Below, in pieces: positions 52,244-64,000 of a stretch of 64,000 nucleotides of DNA. A program made the position numbers and the translations under genes. The first letter of the stretch is position 1. Each line of letters starts with the position of its first letter. Source of the stretch: Ylistrum balloti (taxonomy: Eukaryota); assembly GCF_031769215.1 (NCBI RefSeq), contig NW_026782663.1, positions 62,001-126,000 on the forward strand, given 5' to 3'. Below the pieces are notes generated by a model, which did no database searches, had not been told where the DNA came from, and was given only the letters and a program-made list of their open reading frames with translations.

Positions 52244-55200
52244 AACACTGTATAACTGGTATTACCGCGAGTTTGTGCGGTAACCATCATACACTGACCT
52301 CGTAGTGCAAACAGGCTACTACCTTTTTTCGCTGGCGATTTATCAAGCAATTAAGCCGTAAATTACGTCAGGGAGGATATATACGCAGACGTGAATAGCG
52401 CCTTTCCGATACAAATTAAGAATTAGACAAAATAGATCCAAATAACAAATTATCCTGAATCTCACATCTGTTTCCTCCTTCTGCAACACGTCAATGACCT
52501 GTTGATAACCGCACTTATTTCGTGTTACGAAAATAGTGAAAGTGAGCAGCGAATGAAATGGTTTACAATATCTTGAAAAATGACAATATATATATTGAAT
52601 AAGGAATTTTCACACGGATTAATGTGTATATGCCCAGTTATACAGTGTCTACAGCGTTGGTATGATGTGTCTTTTATACACTCTTCAGTTTAGCACTGTT
52701 CAACGGAACATGCAATGTTCTGATATACGATTGAAATCGTTAGTTCATTAATGGTGATGGTGTTAAGTATCTATGTAACTGATTATTTCTGCGGACAACA
52801 TTTCCACAATAATGATCAGATACATAATTGTGTGCGTGATTGCGTAGGCCTATTTATTATTTATTTATTAAGCGGTAGTTCTAGTCAATAGTTATTTACA
52901 TATGTTAATATGCTCAATTAGTTGTTTATTAGCTAATATATTTACTATTATAGTGTTTTTGTTTACTTTTCTGTTATTAGTGATGTAGATGGTTTCTTTA
53001 ATTTCCAAAAAACAAAACCACTCCACTGGTTCTTTTTGATATTGAATATGACAATATTGAACTTTATCGTTTTGGTTTCTAATTTCCAATTTGAAAGTAT
53101 ATGTCAGTTATCTGATTTATTGAACTAAGCTCAACAACACCTGATTAAACGTTTATTTTTTAGCGCATTGTTATATAACAGATATCAACAAATAATATCG
53201 AAATAATAACGAGTTAATGCTGATTCTGATAAATGTTTTTCAGTTAATTGTATACATAGAACGCACTGACGATAAAATTTGTCCCAATTTATATGTCAGA
53301 GGTGTGAACGACCATTTATCATTATATGAGCTACATTTAGAAAGCCGTGGCTACTTGGACGTTAGACAAACGATGATTTATTTCTCTCTATTGTACATTA
53401 TGTATCTGTGTTTAGTATTTACATATCTTAGTTAGTTAGATGCTAGAATATTTATTAATGTTGAATATTGCTTTCTAGAATTAAAAGCTTTAGTAGAACC
53501 ATTATGTCCGTTTTATTTATATATGAAACTATTTCTATTACAAACTACAATTCATATTAATAGTATATTTAATTTAAGATATCAACACATACATAAGACA
53601 AAGTCATGATTTACATTAACACTCATTGAAAACCAGGTGTAGGACCAGGTGCTCAGGTAAGCTTTCTTGATTCATATACCGGAGTATTAAATTCAGGAAA
53701 CCTCAAGGTTATATTTGTTTAAGATAAAACGAATGGGTCTTTACAGACACTGAGCTTTCAACCTGGCAGAATTTCTGTCACTATGACCAATCTTTGTCAC
53801 ACCTAGATTGACAAAAAGTAGAAAACTTTGCCAACATGACTATTTGATCAACAGGCCTTGTACTTATATTGGTCTCTGGATGTCTAAATCCACTGTAACT
53901 TTATTCTGTAACAAACTGAGCTTGAATGAGGTAAATAAAGTTTATGATGAAAAAAACTTGCCGACTAATTATACAAAATTCATCAGAAAATAATGCACGT
54001 ATGCTGTGATGGAAAACTTAAATCAAGATATTTTTTCACATTAAGTGTAGTAGCGAGAAGAGTGTTACTGTCATACAAGGAGATTTCTCTACAGAAAGAA
54101 ATTCTGCTATGATATCAAGCTAACATAATTAAGTGGAAAGATTTCAAACTTTTTTTCAGAGAGTAGGAAATAAAATACAAAGTCAATACAAATACACTGA
54201 TCTATAGATTTGTTTTTAAAATGTATCAGGGGGCGCAACTCGTGATTCAAAACATAATAACTAGGCTTATTACAAATTGAAATTTATTCATATTGAAGCT
54301 ATCATTCACTGTACTCAAAATAATAAAATCGCAGCAACATTCAACTACACAATTCTTTCTAAAGCTAAAAGTATTATATCAAAATGAACACATCTTACAA
54401 CTACCTTCATTTTAAATGTAACACAAGTGATGTATGAAATATGTCGATATTTAATTAAATGAATATATAAAGCATCCCAAAGGACTTTAACAATAAAATA
54501 AACTAACATCTTTTCCTCTCGAATGAAATAAATTTAATAATTAATTGTAATCACCAATACATTCTTTCATCCAATTATAACAAGAGAACAGAAAGATATG
54601 AATGAAATGAACAAGAGAATTAAATGATATGATTTACGCTTGTTGCTTGATTTGACAAACGATACATGACGATCAATTAATAAACATAAGTTCAAATCAT
54701 ATGTGGGATAATTAAAGGTCAAAAAGTATAAATCATCCGGAAATTTGATCGACAGGGTACGAATCATATATATATATGATTTATATAAAACATTTTTGAT
54801 ATTTGATTACCATATTTCATATAACATCATCAGATGGTTTTTAGCCCCTTATAAAGGACATTTGGCGTCCATAGGGATTATCGAGACACCTAAATTTACA
54901 TTACCGTTCCCGATTTTTATTTATAACTTTGTATATGTTTTATGTTCTATGTATGTGATGTAATTTATGTAATATTTGTGTCTTGATAAAGGGGCAGATT
55001 GACAATTCACGTGTCCGTATTGTCGTTATTACTTCATTGATCATATATATACATGAAATACATCTAATAGCACCAGCGTCATAAAACTTATATAAAATAT
55101 AGAAAACAAGACGTATCTAGTTATTGAAGGAGAACTAGATGTAAATACAGCACGATAATGTGTATGTAAGGAAGAGCCTGATTCGATGTGTCGTTTCCTT

Positions 55201-55773
55201 TCTTGTAAAACAATAAGAATATCAGTAGGATTTCTAACAGCGAAAGAACAATTCCAGATCGATGTACTTTGAAATCAATACCGTGATGGGTTTTTGTTAA
55301 ATGCTACGAATTTGGCAAGTTGTTTTACGGTGCTATACATTAAGTCTATATATGATTTGGTTTGTAGGCGGACCAGATATGCGACATGTTTTAATCAGCT
55401 ATTGGTAGCTTTATTCAATTAAATAAATGTTCTATTTATGAATTCAAAAAGACACGATACATTCCACTTTCTTCTGTCTGTAACAGCTGAAGATTTTGTT
55501 GAAATACATTTGTACTGTGTTATTTTGCGTTTCGATATTAAATTTGCAAAGAAAAGTTTAATTCCGGCCTTTATGATGAAATCAACATAACTACAAGATC
55601 CTCAAAGAAAAATTCTTGTCTGTGTTAAAAATTCTCTTATACATACATATTTAGGAGCAGATTATTTCAATCATTATTCACTTCACAGGAATGAACAGAC
55701 AGATGTAACTTTGCTTAACAGCTTTTCACAGAAAAGAATAATTTCTTGTGATGGACATGCCATGCAATTATAG

Positions 55774-58700
55774 TTACACTTTGTTCCCGTTCATGTCATC
55801 CACCGTGTCTACATATTCAATATCATCACAGTTCATCAGACATATCCGATTAGAGTAGTCTGGAGTTTTATCTCCCATTTTTAAAGTACCGTTGTCGATG
55901 TTATCCTTATCGTTTGTCGTTTGAAAATCTGATGTAACAGATATCAAATCCTCCTCCAAGTTGCTGCTTCCACTTTCCTGAGAGCACTCCTCAGCGAAAG
56001 TCCCAGAATCCTGCTCGTGACCGGAAGAACTTGACTGGGAACAATTGTCGGATTTAGAAACACTTTTATCTGAGACACTAATCAATGGTTCACTGTCAGG
56101 GTAAGTATTTTCCTGAAGGCAAGAAGTGACATTTTGATATACATTCGTTTTATTTTGTTCTTCTTCAGGAGCAACAACACATACTGATTCTGTTTGGCAC
56201 TCTTCTTGATTTTCTGTATTGTCGTTATCGCAGGGACGTTCGATACACACAACTGTTACCCTATTCATTGACCGCACTGAATATGGTGACCCCTGGTTGT
56301 CTGAACGGGGTAGTGTAGACACGATGTCATATGCAGGGGGAGGTTCCTCATTCTCGTCCTTTCTAACGACATCCTCATAAGTGGGCGGGGCGTATATCTT
56401 AGTGACCCCTAACGTGTCGATGTTATTCCCGATTGTCCAGTCCCCGTTGGCCTTTCTTTTGGCATACATTTGGACACTTTGTTGTCTAATATAGCTGTAA
56501 AAGGAAGTATAATTCCTGAAAGTTTGTTTCATTGGATATCGTTAATTTCTGTACATTCACGAACTTTTTGCCTAATGATAATCATACTAATTTCATTTTA
56601 TGTAATTATTTGTATAAGTAACGGACTGTACCTGTGTCTACTTAATAGAAAATGCAGGCTACAAAAGTTTTTTAACAACATACCTTCTCCTGTTGTATTT
56701 CTTGAGGTAACAAAAGACAGCAACAATCACCAGAAGGAAAAGAGATATGGAAACACCAGCAGCTACCACAGCTGTAATGGTAGCCTCTGTAATGTAAACC
56801 ATCATACTGTTAGAGCATGGACAGACAAAACACGTGGTATGGCACAAGAACGTTATTTCAGAAGATTATAGTATAGCATAACATGCCTAGGAATACCTGA
56901 AAAGTGTGCAAGTATTTCTGAAGTTAATGTCACAATATTACATCGTATGTTTAGAGTCTACAACATCATTATCTATGATCTATTTCGTTAAGATCCAATG
57001 TTGGGTTCACTTAAATTAAAGGGAAATGAAATTTACAATCACAGTTCATGAGATATGTCAATTAACTAATTGAAAGAAAACAACTTGACTTATTAGCAAA
57101 TAAGGTTTCATTGAGTTATAAGTTGGTGGTGATTTAATTAGAATAATCTTTTAAAGCTTAAAAATTGCTCATTTTCAAAGTCTCAGATGTTTGAACATTT
57201 TTTAACAACTTACCCGCCCCTTTCCACTCAGAGTCCACCACCAGGTGGCAGGTATTTTCGTCGGTCTGGTCGCCGTCGCCACAATTATACTCAGTGTCAC
57301 ACATGACTGACAATGGTACACAAATTTGGGTCCTCCCGCAGTGGTGATGTAGACGATCACAGTCATCCTTATGCGCGTCTGGTTTGTTAATTAGAAAATG
57401 ATAAAGCAATTGAGAGCATTCTATATCAAGCACTGGTGACTATGTATCTTACATTCTTGTATATTTGCACCTTTCCAAGCAGAGAAAGGTTCATATAGGT
57501 ATTTTGAAAAAATATCAGCATTGATAATGTAAATGGAAATGGTATTTCAATAATGTCATCAATATCGTGACATTTAAATGCTTAAAGCTTCTAGACACAA
57601 AGAAAGTGAAAGTGACATTCAAATATTACCAGTGCCAAATAATCCTGCATTTCATTATGGAATAAAGATAACAAAGCATTGTTCACTCTGATTTAAGCAT
57701 GCTGTACAAGAAATAACTTCCGTTGGAATTTGCTTTCGTTAATTTCGTAGGTACTTTAATAAATCAAGGAACAGATATGTCTAAGAACTGATAAACACTT
57801 ATGTATATAGATATAGTTATTGACAAATACTTGATTTTACGAGTAACATGTATCATTTACAGTACTCTGAAACTTCATTTACCTTTAGATAACGTAATGG
57901 ATTCTCTGAAACTCCACTTTCCTGCAAAATTTGTAATTTGTACTGTGAAACTCTATCTACCTGTAAATGAGTTATTAATTTTCTGAAACTCCACTTACCT
58001 GTAAATGACGTAATGAGCACTCTGAAACCGCTATAAATAAGGTTTGGCTTGCCCATGTAATCCAGGCGGAGTTTATTACGGGAGGATTTGTAATCCATGA
58101 CCCCCGGGCTTGTGTCCTTAAAGTAGGAATCGTACACGCCAAATAGACCCATCACAGGTGTCACCTGCTTCACCTCGCCACCCAATCGGTAGTCGTATAT
58201 GTGTAGCCTATAATTGTTAAAGATGACCAACATATTACAAAGCGCAGCTTTATGTTTCGATTTTCTAAGAGTTATTTCCCCTTAATTGCTTACTAAAATG
58301 TGTTCACTGTGACAGAGGTCTGCAAGAATGGCAGCCTAAAGACGAAATATGTAGATAGAAGCAGTGCGCCGAAATAAGGAGGTCACGGAACTGTAAAAGA
58401 TGTGTCCATACCAATGAAACACTGAAATGATTAGCGATTTAGAAGGAAATATGTCATCAGACCGGCCGAAACTTAACAAATCATCTTTTTAAGAACACTT
58501 TTCCGAGCGGAATGATTAAATAAAACCAGAAAACATTCCCATATTCATTTACTTTTCACCAACAAATGCCGAAGACAGAGTGGAGGAATGTTATTGAATG
58601 TAACGTTGATGATGAGAATGTTGGATGGTTTGAATTAAAACATATTGCAGTAACTAGTTTGTCATTTATGGTAATGAAGAGATAATTTTTCACAATAAAC

Positions 58701-61700
58701 TGAGTGGAAAAAAGTTGTTTAAAAGACATGGGAAACAGAATTCGCTGGAAAAAGAGAGTGTACGTTTCAGAAGACATGGGAAACGGATTTCGATTGGTGG
58801 TGGTGGTGGGGGGCGGGGATGGGGGGGGGGAGGTGTGTGTACATTACTTCAATAGAAAATGGCTAAATCTTGCATTCAATTATTATCCTTTTTGTAATAT
58901 GGATATTTTCATATGAATAGTATAAAAACATAAAAGACCATACCTGTCAGGGGTCAAGTTGTCCTTGGATATGTCTATAGAGAGGAAGTGGAGAAGAAGA
59001 CGTCTTGAAGGGTCGGTGATAATGTCGACAGCACAGTGTAGAAACTTGGCGGACCTCTCCTCCAGTATCTCCTCTGTCAGTTCCACAATCACACTGTCGT
59101 TGACGTGGATGGGAAGATTCGCCCTCGATAATGCTGCCATTGACTTGGTACTGGTCATTGCCGTCACTCCTGCCAAGATAAATCCAGAATGGGTCATATA
59201 GTATTATTTTCATTAACATACAATTGATGTAATTATCACCATTTGCTTGGAATAGAAATTTGGAATTTGCGGATTAAGTTTTTATTAAATTGTTTTATCA
59301 GTATATAATAATTTAAGACGCAACCTTTTTTATTCTAATGTTCTTGTAACTCGTTTAGAAATATGTTTGAAAGCAGAGGTAGTGTGCTAAAGTTCACATA
59401 ATAGCTGAAATTTGACATGCTTATTACACAGAACATTACTGATCAGATTAAATACTTGTGATAATTGCTTAGCTTTTTAAGTGTGTCATAAGAAACGAAC
59501 TTGTTCCCTTGATGTTATTTCAGTACTTGTTCTGAAAGCATTCAAGTGTCCTTTCAGTTTGTGTGTATCATTGAAAATAGCATAGTATCTTTCTATTGTA
59601 ACCGATATTATGTTTGATTCACTGCTAAAGCAGAATCGAAGATCAAATATGTTGAAGACGATAAAGGTTATATATAAGACAAGATGATACTTTGAAATAT
59701 TTTTATTTCAATTATACGTACTATGTAGTTTTCTGGTATTTTTAGAAACCTTGTCTATAACATCGGGTCATAACTTATTGAATAACAAATGATTATGTAA
59801 ATTATTTATAAAGTAAATCCGCAAACATCCTAATTGCCATCAACAGCATATTTTGTATATTTATCTAAACTTGATCTTGGTAACCATAACAACGTGTGTG
59901 GTTTACTTTTTCAAACTAAGGATGCAATGGCAATATGTTATATTTCATATTCAAGGAATTTAAATGAGTATGGGAGTGAATACACACAGAATTAAAATAA
60001 ATGTCTTTATTCACACAAATAGGAATTCAGCTGATATAATAAAGTAACATGACCTCTATTATGAATGTAAAATGATTGATAATAGTAAATAGTAGAGAAA
60101 TTGAATAGTACAATTCTTAATAAATGATAAATAAATAATAATAAATAATAATAAATAATAAAAGTCAAATCGCTGGACTTTATTCATTCCTCATGTGACA
60201 GTTTCAATAAAGCTTCGAGGCCGATCCTTTTAAACCGATTGAATTTCACTTTACATACGTATTGATACTTGGACAATGTAGACACAAGTTAATGAAAGTC
60301 AAGTGGACAATGAAGTCAATCAGACGAGAACTAACAAGATCTAGATGGGGTGTCACTCTATCATATCACAGAGACCTACATACGTCACACGACCATGAAT
60401 ATACCTACATGGCTGAGCACACAGGATCAAGTCTTGTTAGATTAAAACGGATAGTCACACGTATTAGTTATTGCAACTCATTGCTCGTATAATGTTCTTA
60501 ATGTATTTTCAAATACACAATATTTGTGTGTAATTACAGTAACAGGCTCTTCTTCGTTAATATCTGGTACCTTCTAAGGTGAAGTCAAGGCAAATAAGTC
60601 ATATTACATCGACCGTTGTCCTCTGGGAGGTATGTAAGTAAAATGATCCTATTTGAAGAGTAACAGCACTACAAAACAAGTCTTATGTGTTAGAGATTCC
60701 TAATCCTGCCTCGAGTCAATCTCGTCTAATTAGTCAGTGACGTCATCAGGTACCCACCTACTTTGTGATTCATTTTCTATATTGGCCAACACATTTCATA
60801 GATTATCCAAAACCTTTTAATCTTATAAGCGTCTTGACAGAAATCATTTCCTTTTGTTAAGTTTAAAATTAAGATAAATTAACGTTATATTTTGATACAT
60901 AGTAATACTTTATCACATGAATATATCTGTTGCAAAGTTAGCATATAAAACTAACATATACTCATAAAAAAATAAAATAACGATCTGAAATTAATATCTC
61001 TCGACACATATAAACAGAAATTGTATAAATATGTTCTCAATATTTTGAGTAATTTAAAGTATTCTTCAACAGGTTGTACCTTGCTACACCACTAAAAGCT
61101 TGCAGAACATAAAATAATTTGGACGGGTTTCTTAATAATATATTGATGGAAACACTATATATACATAGATAGGCTTATCATACATGATTGAGCACAATCT
61201 CAATTTTCAAAATGAAAGAAGTCTTTTCTGGTGATGTAAATGTAAACCATGAACCTAGTGAGGCTTGAACGAGGCGCCCAGTACTTTTAAATGAAATGTG
61301 ATTTCTTAAAGGATAATTCAGTTTTGAAACTACGAAATAAACCAGTGTTGATGACAGACAAATGACTTGAAATAGAATATATTATATTATCACAATACAT
61401 GTAAGGACATGTACAGGCTAATGTTCAGGATATGTTTGATAGGTTTTGTGGAAAAATCTTGTGATTGCCTTTTCGTAGATAATAAACAAACTAAAGTATA
61501 GAATCGTTTATATACAGGAACGTGTTTTAAACATATACTTTGTACATTCAGTATGATATAAGAAACGTTCGGTGTTTACCACACTCTGCTTTCTTGTCGA
61601 TATGAAATATGTCCTGCAGTACACAAGATTTTAAGAAAAAAATAACTGAATTTTGTTCATTCCATTTCCATATTCACATTTTGTGACTTGTGTTCCTTGT

Positions 61701-62420
61701 GCAAAGTTTTTTAACCCCCACACGCCACGTTTCAATCCATATGAATAAAGGCACAATTCAGAATATAAAGAATGTACAAAACGTTATTTAGAAATCATTT
61801 ATAATCCAAATTTACGATAATGGGTTATTTTAACATTTATTTTCATCAATTTTGATTGTCTATGGTGACCTCCTAGTTTTAAAGTCGATGGGACCTACAT
61901 TATTATCAATGAGAAAAGTATTTCTTAAAGCGTTATATCATTTTGTCTTTCGTTTAAATAGTAAGGAAACTGTTCGCCTGCAATATAGTATATTTTTAAC
62001 GCAGGAATTTTTCTGTGATCAAATGTTCCACGACTCATGGGCACGTATACGAAAGAAAACGAAAAACATGCATTTTACTGAAGACACCAATCAAATCGGG
62101 TATATTTTCCATTGGTGAAGAGAGGACGTGATCTCATTTATATCGTATAAGAATACTTTTGATTTTTATCGTTTTTAAAGTGACATTTGCCATTAAGTTA
62201 CGATAAACGTTGTCTTGCACAAGTTTGTCATATGTGATCTTTAAACTTGTTTTTTTATTGGAGATGTGAGTAGGTTGAAATTCCATCAAAGATATTTTCT
62301 AATTGATAGTATTTGGAAGATAAAAGGGCTTTCTCTTTAATCAAAGCTGATATCTATAATTGGAGTAGGGACAAATCAACCTAGGGCAACCACACATAAA
62401 AAGGTAATGTATGAACACAT
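55774..62420 (-). CDS. Uncharacterised type I membrane protein: signal peptide, CUB-like domain, LDL-receptor class A repeat, TM helix, cytoplasmic PPxY motifs and acidic Ser-rich tail; 6 coding exons, about 487 aa
   Basis: Exons (minus): 62420-62381, 59169-58944, 58207-57999, 57378-57214, 56786-56684, 56494-55774; total 1464 nt, phases consistent. Signal peptide MCSYITFLCVVALGVTA; the first exon is the least certain, with a GTTGAT donor and ACAAATG context. CUB-like HCAVDIITDPSRRLLLHF...DRLHIYD...SSRNKLRLDY...GFRVLITSF. LDLa CDRLHHHCGRTQICVPLSVMCDTEYNCGDGDQTDENTC. TM AVVAAGVSISLFLLVIVAVFCYL followed by KKYNRR. PPTY and PPAY in the tail. Confidence 0.85.
57863..58030 (-). repeat. 38-40 bp tandem repeat (about 4 copies) spanning an exon/intron junction of the CUB-LDLa gene
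   Basis: Plus-strand units: ACTCTGAAACTTCATTTACCTTTAG..., TCTCTGAAACTCCACTTTCCTGCAA..., CTGTGAAACTCTATCTACCTGTAAATGA..., TTCTGAAACTCCACTTACCTGTAAATGACGTAATGAGCAC. Confidence 0.85.
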
Positions 62421-63075
62421 TTGTATTTATACTTTTATGTACTAATATATTTTTATTGGTAAATTATAAACATTTCCGGAAAGTTAGATACGAGGAGAGG
62501 AGATGGGAACAAACATGACCTAATATTTTAGGAATTTATCAAACACACCTCCGACTCGAAACTTTTCAATAAAGAAAACATCCAGTAACCAAGCAACTCA
62601 ATACATTTGCTGCTAAATTGCCTGCCTTTGTATACAGTTATAAGATATGAATTTTTGTATAGAAGGTTATGGAGTGTCAGAGTTCATCTGGATTAACAAA
62701 TCAAAATTTGATACCCATCGATAAATAAATTAACATCCAGATACGTTTACAATAGAGTTTACAATACTTTAAATTCCTATAAAATTGGCATTGGTATAAA
62801 TGCAGAATAAATAAGTTCGTTACTAGTGTAGTCAATAATAGAATGTTTACCTAAAAGTCAAAGATATACAAAGCATACACTATTTGTTATCTAGGATTCT
62901 TGTGTCACTCGCTTAGCCTTAACTGATACGCTTTCAACCAGTAACAAACCGAAATATCGACAGGAATGAAGTTTATCGTTCAATCGTAAAAGAAAGAGGT
63001 TTAGTCGTCGATAGCAATGAAGTATACAACGAAAATCATCACACGCCACCTACTTCTCAGTATTAAAAGGCCGCG

Positions 63076-63270
63076 GTACCTCACTTCCGCTTTTGTTGCC
63101 ACGTGTAATGGGTTGCCATGGTGATCGGTTCAACTATTAGCATTGTTTTGAAGACCGGAAGTACGCTAATCGAGATTTTATTTTCAAAGCGGAAGTTCAC
63201 TCCATTTCCGGCTGTTAGGGCTAGACAATTTACTTTGAATACCAGGCAGTAAAACACCGACTGATTGGTC
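63076..63270. promoter_or_regulatory. CpG-rich promoter-like element with clustered ETS sites, E-box, X-box-like motif and CCAAT box
   Basis: ACTTCCG 63083-63089, CCGGAAGT 63155-63162, GCGGAAGT 63189-63196, ATTTCCGG 63204-63211, CACGTG 63100-63105, GTTGCCATGGTGAT 63112-63125, ATTGG 63264-63268. A possible minus-strand donor GAG|GTACCG lies at 63080/63079. Confidence 0.55.
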
Positions 63271-64000
63271 ATTATACGGGAAATTGTTACTCTACTTTGT
63301 TATTGGGCTCGCTCCAGAAGATATTAATGACTTAACAATGATGTTTTATTATACGTCTTCGCTAACAAGCATGACTATTTTGTTTCGGTAAATTCGATTG
63401 ATTGCATATATTTATTTAGCCCTTATTAATTGAAGTATCAAACGTTAGTTCTAATCACAGGGCTGAAGTAACGTTCACCAACACACATATTTTGAGAGTT
63501 TTGCTAAGATAACAAATACGTTGATTTTGTCTGGAGCGTCTGTTTCTAGTCCAAGTCCCTCACTGACTGAAATTGTTCAAGTACATATAACAATGGCGAA
63601 ATTAATTAACAAGGTTTATATGCAACCTAAACATCAGTCTGGAGAAATATTCGTTTGTCGAAAGTGTAAGCAACACAAGACACTGCCGTTTTCTAGAGAC
63701 ACTACTACGTTTAGATATATTGATTTTTACAGGTAGAAATAACACCGAAAGCGCTTTATGAAAAATGCGTTCAATGATAGAAGATACATGAAACTTATAT
63801 AGAATTTATTAAAAAAACAGCTCTGAGCTTTATGAGAAATTGCTGAAATGAACACACAAGGGAAACGCCATGTCACGATGTCGTGCTGTTAAAACTTGTC
63901 AGTAGAGACACCTGTCTTGGCTTTTCTTAAAATAATTACCAGATAATTATATACCATGATTTAAAATTCCAATCTTATAAACAGACCGAGTTTACCTTCT

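Noticed and set aside
52123-52350. Poly-Leu ORF resembling a signal or TM peptide
   Set aside because: It is the minus-strand translation of the (AGT)n microsatellite.
61429-61441. GATATGTTTGATA resembling miR-190
   Set aside because: The 3' half diverges and no complementary star arm is nearby.

Overview
AT-rich, intron-rich animal genomic DNA. It is most likely a bivalve mollusc, inferred from the repeat families and protein style. I rebuilt six protein-coding genes exon by exon, each with consistent splice phases: RPUSD3-like mitochondrial pseudouridine synthase homolog (-, 1903-7050), LLPH (+, 8555-10075), ACTR8/ARP8 (-, 12244-20262), CFAP100/CCDC38-family ciliary protein (-, 23560-37333), AMDHD1 imidazolonepropionase (+, 40381-44898) and an unnamed type I membrane protein with signal peptide, CUB, LDLa, TM and PPxY motifs (-, 55774-62420). 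Introns and intergenic DNA carry non-autonomous DNA transposon relics, tandem repeats and (AGT)n microsatellites, and there is one short N gap. Most supplied ORF-track entries are exon fragments or noise. The strongest leads are: (1) a Penelope-type minimal hammerhead ribozyme in a CFAP100 intron; (2) a head-to-head CFAP100/CCDC38-AMDHD1 pair that appears to mirror human CCDC38-AMDHD1; (3) catalytic-motif loss in the RPUSD3-like protein; (4) a tandemly amplified splice donor in the CUB-LDLa gene; (5) a GC-AG intron in AMDHD1; (6) a candidate spliced lncRNA or micropeptide locus near 48.8-51.1 kb. No database searches were run, so gene names rest on recalled protein motifs. I see no CRISPR array, rRNA or intact tRNA gene.
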